A DNA stretch of 64,000 bases from Candidatus Saccharimonadota bacterium (GTDB taxonomy: Bacteria; Patescibacteriota; Saccharimonadia; Saccharimonadales; SLHW01): NCBI GenBank assembly GCA_024635455.1, contig JAGXIU010000003.1, forward strand, positions 290,446-354,445. The letters are read 5' to 3'. Below the pieces are notes generated by a model. That model was given only the letters and a program-made list of their open reading frames with translations. It did not search any database and had not been told where the DNA came from. The number at the start of each line of letters is the position of its first letter. Within the stretch, counting starts at the first letter, position 1. Below, piece by piece: positions 10,586 to 21,153 of the stretch. The translations under genes were made by a program, and so were the position numbers.

Positions 10586-11503
10586 TTAGCATGACTCTAG
10601 TGCTTTTCCAGAGCTGTTGAATAATTCAATCTTTGACTCAACAACTTCTTGAACGGCGGCAACGACATTATCCATCAATTTTATAACTGCATATTCTGTT
10701 GGGTTTTCATCGAGCATGCGCTCTAAAGTCTTGCGGTAAGCTACTCGCATATCCGAGTTGATGTTCACCTTACTCACGCCAATCTTCACTGCGTCAAGGA
10801 AGTAGTGACCTGGTGTGCCGCTACCGCCGTGAAGACTTATATTACAACCAATGGCATCACGAATTTGCTGAAGCAAATCAAGATCTAGCTTTTTTGGTAC
10901 CGGGTACTTACCGTGGAGATTACCCACAGCTGCGGCAAACGTATCAATACCAGTTTCTGTAACAAAGGCGGCAGCGCCTTCTGGTGTGCTAAACGTTTCT
11001 TTAATCTTATCGTAATCAATTTTCTCTTCATGAAGATTTGAGGAACCGCCAAAGTAGTGTGGCTCGCTCTCTATGATTGCACCAGTTAGCTGTGCGTACT
11101 TAACGACTCGTTTCGTACCAGCAATAATCTCCTCATCGCTAGCATTCTTTTTTGCTTGAGATATATCAATGTGCACAAATTCAAAACCAGCTTCAATTCC
11201 TGCTATAGCGTCTTCTACAGTTGGGCTGTGGTCAAGATTTATATACATTTCAAGACCAAACTCTTGCTTATAGTTGTCGACCATATCTCTGACGTTATGT
11301 AAGCCCATCGCCTGAACTTCGCTATTGCTTACCTCAACCATAACTGGTGATTTTTTATTTTGAGCTGCTCGCGCGATTGCAACCAGTGTTTCTTGATTAT
11401 CAATATTGAAGGCGCCGATGGCAAAATTCTCTGTTCGGGCGCGCTCCATGGCATCTCGTGCTTGCGCACAGTTCTGCCTCATTTGTTGTATTGTTTGTGG
11501 CAT
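10586..11503 (-). CDS. fba: class II fructose-bisphosphate aldolase
   Basis: NLDHSPT and SLHGGSG motifs; 305 aa. Confidence 0.9.
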   Translation of the reverse strand: MPQTIQQMRQNCAQARDAMERARTENFAIGAFNIDNQETLVAIARAAQNKKSPVMVEVSNSEVQAMGLHNVRDMVDNYKQEFGLEMYINLDHSPTVEDAIAGIEAGFEFVHIDISQAKKNASDEEIIAGTKRVVKYAQLTGAIIESEPHYFGGSSNLHEEKIDYDKIKETFSTPEGAAAFVTETGIDTFAAAVGNLHGKYPVPKKLDLDLLQQIRDAIGCNISLHGGSGTPGHYFLDAVKIGVSKVNINSDMRVAYRKTLERMLDENPTEYAVIKLMDNVVAAVQEVVESKIELFNSSGKALESC

Positions 11504-11566
11504 ATCTATGAGTATAGCAAAACAATGCTTATGCTTGAACCTTTTTAGTGAAAAACTATGTACAAC

Positions 11567-12559
11567 TTAGGATTTCATCATGTGATGAGCGGCCATGGCA
11601 ATATGCTTAGCGGTCAATCCGAAGGCTTCCAGTAGCTCATCTGGGCTACCAGACTCACCGAACCGGTCTCGCATACCAATACGCTTGATTGGTACCGGGT
11701 GCTCTTCTGATAATAATTCAGCGACGGCGCTACCGAGTCCGCCAGCTATCTGCCCCTCCTCAGCTGTGATAACCTTATTAGTCTTACTAACACTTGTGAG
11801 AATTGTGGTGGCATCAAGAGGCTTGATCGTTGGTACATGCACAACCTCGGCATCGATACCTTGTTTAAATAAATTCTCCGCTGCCAACAGTGCTTGGTAT
11901 GTCATTGTACCTGTGGCAATTATTGTTATGTCGCTGCCTGGCGCATAGACGTAAGCCTTACCAATCGCAAACGGAGTTTTATCAGTTGTAAATACTGGAG
12001 TTTTTTCACGGGCTAAACGTAGATACCCAGGGTTTTTCGTATCTTCAGCCAGCGCAAGTGTTGCTTTTTTTGCCTCTACGCTATCCGCTGGCGATACTAC
12101 GACCATATTGGGTAAGACACGCATGATGGCAATATCTTCGAGCATCTGGTGCGTTGCTCCATCGGGACCAACCGACACGCCAGCGTGTGAACCAACAATC
12201 TTTACCGGTTGCTGGTTTAAGCAGATAGTCGTCCGGATTTGTTCCCAGTTTCTACCTGGGCTAAAGGCAGCGTAGCTACTGACAAACGGTATTTTACCCA
12301 TAGCGGCCAGACCAGAGCCAACTGTTACAAGATTTTGCTCGGCGATACCGATTTCTATATACCTATCCGGATACGCGTCTCTGAACAAATGCATCTTAGT
12401 CGATTCAGTTAGGTCTGCGCAAGCAGCTACGACTTGATCGTTTTGCTTGCCAGCTTCGACCAGCCCTGCGCCAAAACCAGAGCGGATTGGTTCTTGTTCT
12501 AACTCTGATGTTACGTCAAGTAAGTGATATGTACTCACGTCAATGTGTTCTTTATTCAT
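11567..12559 (-). CDS. transketolase, C-terminal (pyrimidine-binding) subunit
   Basis: IEIGIAEQNLVTVGSGLA motif; 330 aa; overlaps the N-terminal subunit gene. Confidence 0.9.
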   Translation of the reverse strand: MNKEHIDVSTYHLLDVTSELEQEPIRSGFGAGLVEAGKQNDQVVAACADLTESTKMHLFRDAYPDRYIEIGIAEQNLVTVGSGLAAMGKIPFVSSYAAFSPGRNWEQIRTTICLNQQPVKIVGSHAGVSVGPDGATHQMLEDIAIMRVLPNMVVVSPADSVEAKKATLALAEDTKNPGYLRLAREKTPVFTTDKTPFAIGKAYVYAPGSDITIIATGTMTYQALLAAENLFKQGIDAEVVHVPTIKPLDATTILTSVSKTNKVITAEEGQIAGGLGSAVAELLSEEHPVPIKRIGMRDRFGESGSPDELLEAFGLTAKHIAMAAHHMMKS

Positions 12560-13409
12560 GTTCGCCCCGTATTTTTCCCTGTAGCGTCCTCAACTCATGC
12601 AAAGCTTCTTTGGCTTGCTTCTTATTCGGTGGTGCGCCGTGCCAATGAAAATCATACTCCATAAAATCTACACCCTTTCCTGGTATCGTATGCGCGATAA
12701 CCATGACTGGCTTCTCGACAATTGCACGGCTCATCGTCAAGGTGTCAATGACAGATTCTATATTATTCCCGTCAATATCAATGACATGCCAGCCAAATGC
12801 TTCCCACTTATGGCGTAAGTCTTCCAGTGGCATAACGTCCTCAGTCTGGCCGTCAATCTGAATATTATTACGGTCTATGATTGCTGTTATGTTATTAAGT
12901 TTGTATTTATTGGCAAGCATAGCAGCTTCCCATACATTTCCTTCATTAATCTCGCCGTCACCCATTACTACATAAATCCAGCGGTGTAAATCTTGGTTCA
13001 TTCGCATAGCTAGCGCCATACCGCAGGCCTGACTCAGCCCACAACCGAGCGGGCCACTCGTATTCTCAAGACCGGGTAACTTTGTCCGCTCAGGGTGACC
13101 TTGTAGGCGCGAGCCAAACTTTCGTAATGTCATAAGCTCTTTTTTATCAAAATAACCAGCGTGAGCCATGGTTGCGTACTGCACAGGTACACAATGCCCA
13201 TTACTCAAAAGGACAATGTCGCGCTGGTTCCAATCTGGTTTTTTCGGGTCATATTTTAATACGTCAAAATATAGTGCCGTGAATATATCGGTAAGGCCAA
13301 GTGGTCCAGCGCTATGACCGCTACCAGCGTGCTCGAGCATACGAATAATATCCTGGCGGATCTGCACAGCGATAGTTTCTAGTTCTGGAATTGTGTGTTT
13401 TTGCTTCAC
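12552..13409 (-). CDS. transketolase, N-terminal (TPP-binding) subunit
   Basis: GHSAGPLGLTDIFTALYF and GDGEINEGNVWEA motifs; 285 aa. Confidence 0.9.
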   Translation of the reverse strand: MKQKHTIPELETIAVQIRQDIIRMLEHAGSGHSAGPLGLTDIFTALYFDVLKYDPKKPDWNQRDIVLLSNGHCVPVQYATMAHAGYFDKKELMTLRKFGSRLQGHPERTKLPGLENTSGPLGCGLSQACGMALAMRMNQDLHRWIYVVMGDGEINEGNVWEAAMLANKYKLNNITAIIDRNNIQIDGQTEDVMPLEDLRHKWEAFGWHVIDIDGNNIESVIDTLTMSRAIVEKPVMVIAHTIPGKGVDFMEYDFHWHGAPPNKKQAKEALHELRTLQGKIRGEHE

Positions 13410-14053
13410 GTTTTCTTGTTCTCCGCTTTCTCTACTAGTCTATCATAAGCACCTTGCGGGTTTGAATCGTTATGTATGCCGCCACCAACATTCAGTATAG
13501 ATACACCGCCCGCCGACAGCTCACTGACATTTTCCTCAGTAATACCACCATCCCAAGCGATCTCAACTTCTGGGTGTTTTTTGGCGATATAAGCAACCTT
13601 ATGCAATAAGCCAAGATCAGCATCACCGCCATGATATCCAAGTTTCCCGCTAAAAATTAATACTTGATCAAAGCTATGCATAATCTGCTCAGTCCACTCT
13701 ATTGGTGTATCGTGGAGCACCGCTAAACCGACTTTAATGTCTTCTTTGTGTAGCTCTGCCGCAAAGTGCATATGGTGGACATCGGCCTCATTATGAATGA
13801 TAACCATGTGCGGATTCAGTTTAACTAATTCAGCTAGATGGTCCATTGGTTTTTGATACATTAGGTGGATATCTGCGACTACTCGTTTTGGCCACCATAT
13901 TTCACCTAATCCCGGGGAGTTGGTTGGCGCAAATATACCGTCCATTAGGTCGATATGAATACGTGAAGTAATTGAGGATACTAGGCGCATTTGCTGATTA
14001 TACGTCTCTATATCGTATGCTGTGACAGTAGGACAGATTGTTGCCATAAGCAT
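13406..14053 (-). CDS. ribulose-phosphate 3-epimerase-like protein
   Basis: IHIDLMDGIFAP motif and TIM-barrel size (215 aa); sits in the pentose-phosphate gene block. Confidence 0.65.
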   Translation of the reverse strand: MLMATICPTVTAYDIETYNQQMRLVSSITSRIHIDLMDGIFAPTNSPGLGEIWWPKRVVADIHLMYQKPMDHLAELVKLNPHMVIIHNEADVHHMHFAAELHKEDIKVGLAVLHDTPIEWTEQIMHSFDQVLIFSGKLGYHGGDADLGLLHKVAYIAKKHPEVEIAWDGGITEENVSELSAGGVSILNVGGGIHNDSNPQGAYDRLVEKAENKKT

Positions 14054-14108
14054 ATTGTAACGTTTAATTGTCTGCTACACTAGAGTATAAGAACACAACG
14101 TATCTATA

Positions 14109-15344
14109 ATGCGCTACAGCCAAAAATCACGTACACAATATGCCAACAGAAAAACACTGTTATTAATTGTAGCGTTTGTGCTTACGGCTACCTCGATTGC
14201 TCTATTTCAATTTTTGAATCAATCAGATGATAGTGCAACAAACGATAGCCCAAGCAGTGTCACCAATCAACCATCTACGGTAGAAACACAAAATCAACCT
14301 TCCTCATTGCAGGGCAAATATCTGCTGACAGGGACTATCGTTCCAGCACGAGGGGTCGAGCAATATGCCCGCGACGCCACTGGAGCGATTGACTATCAAC
14401 AGCCATTTAGCCAGTTGCACACATTTGCACCAGAGTCATATGATGCCTGGGTCACTGACCTGGAGTGCCCAATTACAGATGCGAACCTAACCTTTCGGCA
14501 ACAAGTCGACACGCTTGTATTTAATTGTCGGCCCGGATTTATTGATCCCATCACAGAGTATTTTGAAATAATTAATCTTGCCAATAATCACTCGAGTGAT
14601 CAAGGTAGAGAAGCGTTTATCGAAACACAGGAGCGCCTTGATGAAGCTGGTGCGCAGATTTTCGGTCACTACGATCCAGCAGAAAAAAACGACGCTTGTG
14701 AGGTTATCGCCCTGCCGGTTCGGCTGCAGCTTCCTGACGGCTCAGAACAGTCAGCTCGACTCCCGACTGCTTTTTGTGCGTGGCATTACTTTACTCGTGG
14801 CCCAGCCCCAGGAGAATTAGCTGTTATGGACGAGTATGCTGATGTTATGCCGGTATTTGCATTTACTCACGCCGGTGCTGAATACGCATCAGAGGCTCAA
14901 CCACCTGAAGTCGCATTGACGCACACAATAATTGATAGAGGGGCTGAGTTTGTGATAAATAATAATCCGCACTGGGTACAAAACACAGAGGTCTATAAAG
15001 ATAAATTAATCGTGTACTCAACTGGTAACTTTATATTCGATCAGCTAGATAAAGAAACGAACCGTGCAGCAAATCTAGACGTGGAAATATCAGTTGACTA
15101 TAACGACAATGTTGCAAAATGGCTCGAGCTAGGTGCATCTTGCCTGAATAGAAATGATAACTGTTTAGCGCAAGCAAAAGACGCTGGTTTAACAAAAATT
15201 GAACTGAATTATCAGTTTGATGTTGTGGCAAGTTTAAATGGATACCAAGAAATTACCCGAAAGGCAGACGATGCCACCCAGCAAGCGATTGAATCACGCA
15301 TGAACTGGCAACAAACCCTAAAAGAACTTGGCCAAGTTAATTAG
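14109..15344 (+). CDS. CapA-family (PGA_cap metallophosphatase-like) protein, membrane anchored
   Basis: NLANNHSSDQG motif typical of CapA; N-terminal TM. Confidence 0.7.
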   Translation: MRYSQKSRTQYANRKTLLLIVAFVLTATSIALFQFLNQSDDSATNDSPSSVTNQPSTVETQNQPSSLQGKYLLTGTIVPARGVEQYARDATGAIDYQQPFSQLHTFAPESYDAWVTDLECPITDANLTFRQQVDTLVFNCRPGFIDPITEYFEIINLANNHSSDQGREAFIETQERLDEAGAQIFGHYDPAEKNDACEVIALPVRLQLPDGSEQSARLPTAFCAWHYFTRGPAPGELAVMDEYADVMPVFAFTHAGAEYASEAQPPEVALTHTIIDRGAEFVINNNPHWVQNTEVYKDKLIVYSTGNFIFDQLDKETNRAANLDVEISVDYNDNVAKWLELGASCLNRNDNCLAQAKDAGLTKIELNYQFDVVASLNGYQEITRKADDATQQAIESRMNWQQTLKELGQVN

Positions 15345-15349
15345 CTAGT

Positions 15350-16276
15350 CTACTCAGCGAGTAGCGGCGTCATGATTGCCTCTGTTAGTGAGGCAATCTG
15401 CCGTGAGCCGGCTCCGTCAACATAAACGCTCAGTATGACCTCCCGCCCACTTGGCAACTCTATGATTGCTGTATCAAGCCAGCCAGTTTCGTAAAACCCG
15501 ACTTTGTTGTAGACTGTTGCGTCCGGTACGCCAGCTGGTATAGCCTGACGATACATCTGATTTTCAAGCACTTGGCGCAATAATTGCGTACTGTCAGTGG
15601 ATAAATCATCGCCACGCTGTAACCGAGACATTATCGTAGTTGCGTCTCTTGCAGTGGTAGTTATCGCTTCCATTGACGTTCCTGACAAGCCAAATAAGTC
15701 ACGTAGCCGTGCAGTAGACTCTGCCTTCCCCTGCTCAGCCCACATCTGCTCAGCACACGGACTATCTGAAGCCCGAATCATCTCTCGAATACATTGCTCT
15801 CGCGTTCGGCCTTGGTTATATTGCTCACTCGGATTTTCCAAGCCTGCATCAATATCCATCAAGCCAAGATAAGCTACATATAACTTATAGATACTCGCTG
15901 CAAAAAATGGCTCGTCAGCACTATGTTCCGCAAGCACGCTTTGGGTTAATGGGTCCTTCAACAAAACACTATAGGTTGTTGACGCCGTAGTAGCAGAATC
16001 TAACCAAGCATCTAGCTCAGACTGAACATTGTTTAGAAGCACAATCTCCGGCTCGGGCTCACTCTGCGCTGGCGCTTCCTGGACAGCCTCTTGCTCAACT
16101 TGCTCTGTAATTATCGGCGTGTCGTTACTTTGCTGATAGAGCCAGTAGCCAAATGCTAAAGAGAGGAAGAGTACTAACAAAAAAAACGGCACCAGCAGAT
16201 GCCGATGTCGTCGCAAGCCTGTCGGCTTATTATTTGATTGGTATTTTGTACGCATTTCTTTTACGTATTCTAGCAC
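15350..16276 (-). CDS. serine hydrolase, class A beta-lactamase-like, membrane anchored
   Basis: S-x-x-K motif (ASIYK); N-terminal TM; 308 aa. Confidence 0.55.
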   Translation of the reverse strand: MLEYVKEMRTKYQSNNKPTGLRRHRHLLVPFFLLVLFLSLAFGYWLYQQSNDTPIITEQVEQEAVQEAPAQSEPEPEIVLLNNVQSELDAWLDSATTASTTYSVLLKDPLTQSVLAEHSADEPFFAASIYKLYVAYLGLMDIDAGLENPSEQYNQGRTREQCIREMIRASDSPCAEQMWAEQGKAESTARLRDLFGLSGTSMEAITTTARDATTIMSRLQRGDDLSTDSTQLLRQVLENQMYRQAIPAGVPDATVYNKVGFYETGWLDTAIIELPSGREVILSVYVDGAGSRQIASLTEAIMTPLLAE

Positions 16277-16298
16277 GTACGATTATTTAGCTAAGCTA

Positions 16299-16751
16299 TC
16301 AAGCGTGTGGAAGCTCATCTAATTGTGCTAAGCGACGACGAAAACGAGGCGCATCAGCAAACGGTGCATTAAGGAAAGTCTCTGCGATAATGTTTAGGCT
16401 TTCCTTAGGCAAGGAATTCGCAGGCAAACATAGCACATTGGCATCGTCGTCGTTTCGAGCCAAGCGAACCGACTCTCGATCGTAACCAAGCGCCGCTCGA
16501 ATACCCTTAAAGCGATTAGCCGCCATACACATACCTTGACCGCTGCCGCACAGTAAAATACCTCGAGAATTTTTATCGGCTTCCGCAAGGATCTCTGTTA
16601 CCACTTTATGCGCAAACACTGGAAAATCATCTTCAGGATCAGGTTTTTCATCGCCGACGTCAACAACCTCATAACCGGCTCGCTGCAGATATATCGCCAG
16701 CTCGCTTTTCAAATGATATCCGTTGTGATCAGAACCGAGAAAAACTTTCAT
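16299..16751 (-). CDS. rpiB: ribose-5-phosphate isomerase B
   Basis: GSDHNGYHLK and LLCGSGQGMCMAANRFKGIRAAL motifs. Confidence 0.9.
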   Translation of the reverse strand: MKVFLGSDHNGYHLKSELAIYLQRAGYEVVDVGDEKPDPEDDFPVFAHKVVTEILAEADKNSRGILLCGSGQGMCMAANRFKGIRAALGYDRESVRLARNDDDANVLCLPANSLPKESLNIIAETFLNAPFADAPRFRRRLAQLDELPHA

Positions 16752-16764
16752 GAGTTGGGCCCAA

Positions 16765-17787
16765 TCACGCCTTGGCTTTAGCTAGCAAGCGACCAGTATC
16801 GGCAACTTGTTCGACAAGGCGATTACTGTAACCCCATTCGTTATCGTACCAAACGACAACTTTAGCTAGATTACCACCTACAACGTTAGTAAGGAGTAAA
16901 TCCACTGTACCTGAGTGACTATTGCCAATGTAATCGTGGCTAACTAGTGGCTCTTCACTGACTGCGAGTATTCCTTGGTAGTAGGGCTCTTTGGCGGCTT
17001 TTCGGAATACTTCATTTATCTGTTCTTTTGTCGTATCTCGCTTCAAGACCATTGTTACATCACTTAGCGATACAACAGAAGTAGGCACACGTACACTTAG
17101 ACCATCAAACTTATTCTTCAGCTCCGGCACAGTTAATGCGGTAGCAATTGCTGCACCAGTAGTTGTAGGTACGATATTTTGGGCGGCAGCTCGTGCTTCA
17201 CGTAAATCTTTATGTGGACCATCTTGTAAATTCTGACTGGCAGTATAGCTGTGGATCGTCGTGAGCATCGCTTTTTCTACACCAAAATTGTGCTCCATTA
17301 TATCCATCATAGAAGCAGCGCTGTTGGTAGTACAGCTGGCATTGCTAATAATATCTCCGCTTTGTTCAAGGGTATCTTCGTTAGCGCCGATAACGACCGT
17401 CTGAATATCTCCACCCTTTGCTGGTGCAGATAGGACTACCTTTTTTGCACCTGCTGTTATATGAGCTCGAGCAAGTTCTTCGGTCGTAAACCGACCAGTC
17501 GCCTCTATGACAACGTCTGCATTGTGTTCAGCCCACGGCAGTTGGGCAGGATCCTTCTCGGCTAACACTGGTATTTCAGTGCTATCGATGATGATCGAGT
17601 TGTCGGTGTGGCTTACCTCGTGGTGATACTCACCATAGTTTGTGTCGTACTTTAGCAAGTGAGCTAAAGTTTTTGTATCGGTTAAATCATTTATCGCAAC
17701 TATATCAATATCGGTTCTCTCAAACGCTATTCGAAACGATAACCGGCCAATTCGACCAAATCCATTAATTGCCACCCGTGTCTTCAT
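16765..17787 (-). CDS. gap: type I glyceraldehyde-3-phosphate dehydrogenase
   Basis: INGFGRIGR and SNASCTTN motifs; 340 aa; AAGGAG SD upstream. Confidence 0.95.
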   Translation of the reverse strand: MKTRVAINGFGRIGRLSFRIAFERTDIDIVAINDLTDTKTLAHLLKYDTNYGEYHHEVSHTDNSIIIDSTEIPVLAEKDPAQLPWAEHNADVVIEATGRFTTEELARAHITAGAKKVVLSAPAKGGDIQTVVIGANEDTLEQSGDIISNASCTTNSAASMMDIMEHNFGVEKAMLTTIHSYTASQNLQDGPHKDLREARAAAQNIVPTTTGAAIATALTVPELKNKFDGLSVRVPTSVVSLSDVTMVLKRDTTKEQINEVFRKAAKEPYYQGILAVSEEPLVSHDYIGNSHSGTVDLLLTNVVGGNLAKVVVWYDNEWGYSNRLVEQVADTGRLLAKAKA

Positions 17788-17885
17788 CTGTGCACTCCTT
17801 TATATACTTTTTAGCATTAGCATTACTATGACCCCATTCTACTTGTGGTATGGGGCTATATGCAAGTTTCGTCCGGTAAAACTAT

Positions 17886-18422
17886 CTATCCTTCCGTGGA
17901 GTTGTAACGCTCGATACAAGAGGTAATGATACCCTTTGCATCAGCTATGTTTCCCCAGCCTAAGACTTTGGTCGTGCCAGGCTTTTTCAAATCTTTATAG
18001 TGGTTGAAGTGATACTCAACTTGCTTTTTCCACTGATCAGACAGGTCATCAATCGTTTGAAGTACGTCACCTTCGTTTCTGTCATCTGCCGGCACAATAA
18101 TGATCTTGTGATCCATTTCGCCATCATCCTCAAAGTTCAGTACGCCAAGTATCCGGCCTTCAAGCCATATACCAGTCGGCAATGGTTCTTTGGTGATAAC
18201 GAGGGTGTCCAGCTCATCGCCATCTTCATCTAATGTCTGTGGGATAAAGCCGTAGTTGCACGGCTTAGCGAAAATCGCTGGCTCTACTCTATCAAGCATA
18301 AACACAGCCCTCTTTCGGTCCCATTCAACCTTTAAGGACGAGCCCTCTGGTATCTCTATTACTGTATTGACTAAACCTTGCTTGATATCACCAGGTGTTA
18401 ACACTTTATTAAAATCAGCCAT
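17886..18422 (-). CDS. ppa: inorganic pyrophosphatase
   Basis: VIEIPEGSSLKVEWD and DEDGDELD motifs. ATG at 18422 chosen because AAGGAGG lies 5 nt upstream. Confidence 0.9.
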   Translation of the reverse strand: MADFNKVLTPGDIKQGLVNTVIEIPEGSSLKVEWDRKRAVFMLDRVEPAIFAKPCNYGFIPQTLDEDGDELDTLVITKEPLPTGIWLEGRILGVLNFEDDGEMDHKIIIVPADDRNEGDVLQTIDDLSDQWKKQVEYHFNHYKDLKKPGTTKVLGWGNIADAKGIITSCIERYNSTEG

Positions 18423-18510
18423 CGTTCCTCCTTGTGTTGTCACGTGCTTGTCTATTCTATTGTAGGTACTATATTAATGTCTCCGCGAAGTATTGTACAC
18501 TACTACGTAT

Positions 18511-19191
18511 ATGAATATCATTGGCCACCGCGGTGTTGCTGGCTCAGAGCTGGAGAACACACGTTCAAGTTTTATGCGTGCTCGAAATATGGGGTTACAA
18601 TCTGTGGAGCTCGACGTACGCAAAACCAAAGACAACCAGCTGGTTGTCTGCCATGATGCTGACTTGCAGCGAGTCGCCCACCGGCCAGAAAAGATACGCG
18701 ACTTGCTTTTGAGCGAACTGAAAAAGATTAAACTAATCGACGGCTCATCAGTTATAACGCTCCATGATGCGCTAGAAACACTCGATGGCATTCATGTCTT
18801 CATCGAAGTCAAAGATGAAGGCTGTGGACGGGCCCTCATGAAGGTGCTCGAAAGCTTCCAGAGGCAATCCGTTACTATTGTTTCCTTTCGGCTGCGTGAA
18901 TTAGCAATATATAGAGATCTTGACGCTCGATATGATCTCTATGGCGCAGAACGCACTCGACCATTTGACATTATTCACCTTGCAAAAATTCTACGACTCG
19001 ATGGCATCGCGCTAAATTTCTGGCTGCTAAATCCTTTGACCTATTATCTTTGTAAGCGAGCAAACTTAAAGTTGTACGTCTATACTGTTAACAGCATGTT
19101 TATAGCTACGTTACTAGCCGCACTTTACCCAGACGTTGGAATCTGCACTGATTATCCAGATAAATTTTTACGAATAAAAAAAGCCCTCTGA
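18511..19191 (+). CDS. glycerophosphodiester phosphodiesterase family protein
   Basis: MNIIGHRGVAGSELENT (GDPD N-terminal motif). ATG at 18511 preferred over the TTG at 18493. Confidence 0.8.
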   Translation: MNIIGHRGVAGSELENTRSSFMRARNMGLQSVELDVRKTKDNQLVVCHDADLQRVAHRPEKIRDLLLSELKKIKLIDGSSVITLHDALETLDGIHVFIEVKDEGCGRALMKVLESFQRQSVTIVSFRLRELAIYRDLDARYDLYGAERTRPFDIIHLAKILRLDGIALNFWLLNPLTYYLCKRANLKLYVYTVNSMFIATLLAALYPDVGICTDYPDKFLRIKKAL

Positions 19192-19892
19192 TGCAACAAG
19201 CCACATTAGTTCGCACAGAACAATTGAACAAAAACACAACGTCATTCTGGCTTAAGCCGGATGAGCCAATTAATTACTTAGCCGGCCAATTCATAACCAT
19301 TCATATACCACATAGCTCCATGGATGACCGTGGCGATAAACGCTGGTTTACTCTATCGTCTTCGCCAACTGAATCACTACTGTGCTTCACGACGAAGCTA
19401 AGTAACCAAAGTAGTAGCTTTAAACGACAGCTGCAATCACTGCAGCCTGGTGACACGCTACAAGTTGGTCAACCCATGGGAGATTTTGTCTTGCCGAAGT
19501 CAACACAGACGCCACTAATATACATCGCTGCTGGTATTGGTATTGCTCCGGTTAGAAGTATTTTGACTTACTTAAAAGACCGAGGCGAGCAACGAGATAT
19601 CTGCCTGCACTACGGCGTAAGGCATGAAGTGGACATATGCTACCAGGATATACTCTCAAATTGGGCTGACACTACTACTATCTGGGTCTCTCAACCAGGT
19701 GCAGACTGGACTGGTAAAAAAGGCAAAATATCAATCGATGTAATACTGCAGAACTTAAGCAAAGCACAACGAGACAATGGTTGGTTTTTTGTTGCCGGAC
19801 CCGAGCAATTTACTGAGGCAAGTTACCGACAACTTGAAGAGTCGGGCATCCCCGATCACCACATTATTGGCGACTATTACCACGGCTACTAA
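19191..19892 (+). CDS. FNR-like FAD/NAD(P)-binding oxidoreductase
   Basis: RWFTLSS (RxYS-type FAD motif) and AAGIGIAP (NAD motif). TGATG overlap with the upstream gene. Confidence 0.7.
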   Translation: MQQATLVRTEQLNKNTTSFWLKPDEPINYLAGQFITIHIPHSSMDDRGDKRWFTLSSSPTESLLCFTTKLSNQSSSFKRQLQSLQPGDTLQVGQPMGDFVLPKSTQTPLIYIAAGIGIAPVRSILTYLKDRGEQRDICLHYGVRHEVDICYQDILSNWADTTTIWVSQPGADWTGKKGKISIDVILQNLSKAQRDNGWFFVAGPEQFTEASYRQLEESGIPDHHIIGDYYHGY

Positions 19893-19910
19893 TTAGCTAG
19901 AAAACGTCTA

Positions 19911-21149
19911 CTACCTGGGGGCAGCTACCTCAGCGTGAGCTCGTTCGTGCTCTTCAAGGTACTTACGCATCATCAACGCAGCGGTAGCACCTTCGCCAGT
20001 CGCACTGGCAATCTGCATAGTTGCACCACTTCGTACGTCTCCAGCGCAGAAAACACCTTTCATCGATGTCTCCAGTCCCGTAAATGTCTTTACCATGCCA
20101 ATTTCATCGAGCTCAATATTACTTGTCTTTAAGAAATCAGTATTGGGCTCAAGTCCGATAAACACAAATACACCGTCAGTTTTGAAAGTTACTTTTTTGT
20201 CACTCGTCTTATCTGTACCGACAACTTCAGTGACACCATTATCAGCACCAATAATTTCGTCAGTTGTTGTATTGTAGTGAATAGTTATTTTGTCTTTATG
20301 CTTCTCGAGGTCTTGTTGCAGTATTTCACTAGCGCGCATCTTGTCTGATCGCACCAGCACATCAATTTTGGTTGCGAAGCGTGTCAAAAACACCGCTTCT
20401 TGTGCAGCAGAGTTTCCCCCACCAACAACTACCAAATTCTTATCGCGATAAAAGGCGCCGTCACAGGTTGCACAATAATGCACGCCTCGACCGTAGAAAG
20501 TGTCTTCGCCAGGAATCCCGAGTTTTTTGTAGTCACTACCCGTGGCAATTAATACTGCGCGAGCATACACGTCACCGTCGGTTGTCTCCAGTTTTTTGAG
20601 TTCACCTTCATCAGTAATCGACATCACTTCACCAAGCCGAATGTCTGCGCCAAAGCGCTCTGCTTGTTTCCGTAAATCCTCAGCCAGGTCAAGCCCCGCC
20701 AAGCCTTTTGGAAATCCAGGATAATTGTCGACCCAGTCAGTAATCGCCGCCAATCCACCGATGACTCCCTTCTCGTAAAGTACGGTGTCTATATCCTCTC
20801 TGGTTGTATAAATTGCCGCTGAGAGTGCCGCAGGACCAGCTCCTACCATGATCACATCGTGAATTTCCTTATCTTCTGATGATTGAGCTGTTGTGTCTGT
20901 TGATTGGCTCATGCCGAGTAACTCCTTGACTTTATCATTGTTGGGGTTTTGGACAACAGTATCACCTGCTACGAAAGTTGGTATAAGATACGTTCCATTT
21001 GTCTTTTCGAGCATTTCTTTTTCAATCGCTTTGTCATCGACGTCTCGGTATTCATACGTAACCCCGATTGAGTCGAGATAAGATTTCAAAGCTTGGCAAT
21101 ACCCGCACCAGGCAGCACCGTATACAATTGGAGTAGCAATATCTGACAT
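19911..21149 (-). CDS. trxB: thioredoxin-disulfide reductase with N-terminal glutaredoxin-like domain
   Basis: The N-terminal ~85 aa have a Grx fold with WCGYC. They are followed by VGAGPAALSAAIY, the CATCDG redox centre and GGGNSA. Confidence 0.85.
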   Translation of the reverse strand: MSDIATPIVYGAAWCGYCQALKSYLDSIGVTYEYRDVDDKAIEKEMLEKTNGTYLIPTFVAGDTVVQNPNNDKVKELLGMSQSTDTTAQSSEDKEIHDVIMVGAGPAALSAAIYTTREDIDTVLYEKGVIGGLAAITDWVDNYPGFPKGLAGLDLAEDLRKQAERFGADIRLGEVMSITDEGELKKLETTDGDVYARAVLIATGSDYKKLGIPGEDTFYGRGVHYCATCDGAFYRDKNLVVVGGGNSAAQEAVFLTRFATKIDVLVRSDKMRASEILQQDLEKHKDKITIHYNTTTDEIIGADNGVTEVVGTDKTSDKKVTFKTDGVFVFIGLEPNTDFLKTSNIELDEIGMVKTFTGLETSMKGVFCAGDVRSGATMQIASATGEGATAALMMRKYLEEHERAHAEVAAPR

Positions 21150-21153
21150 AGAC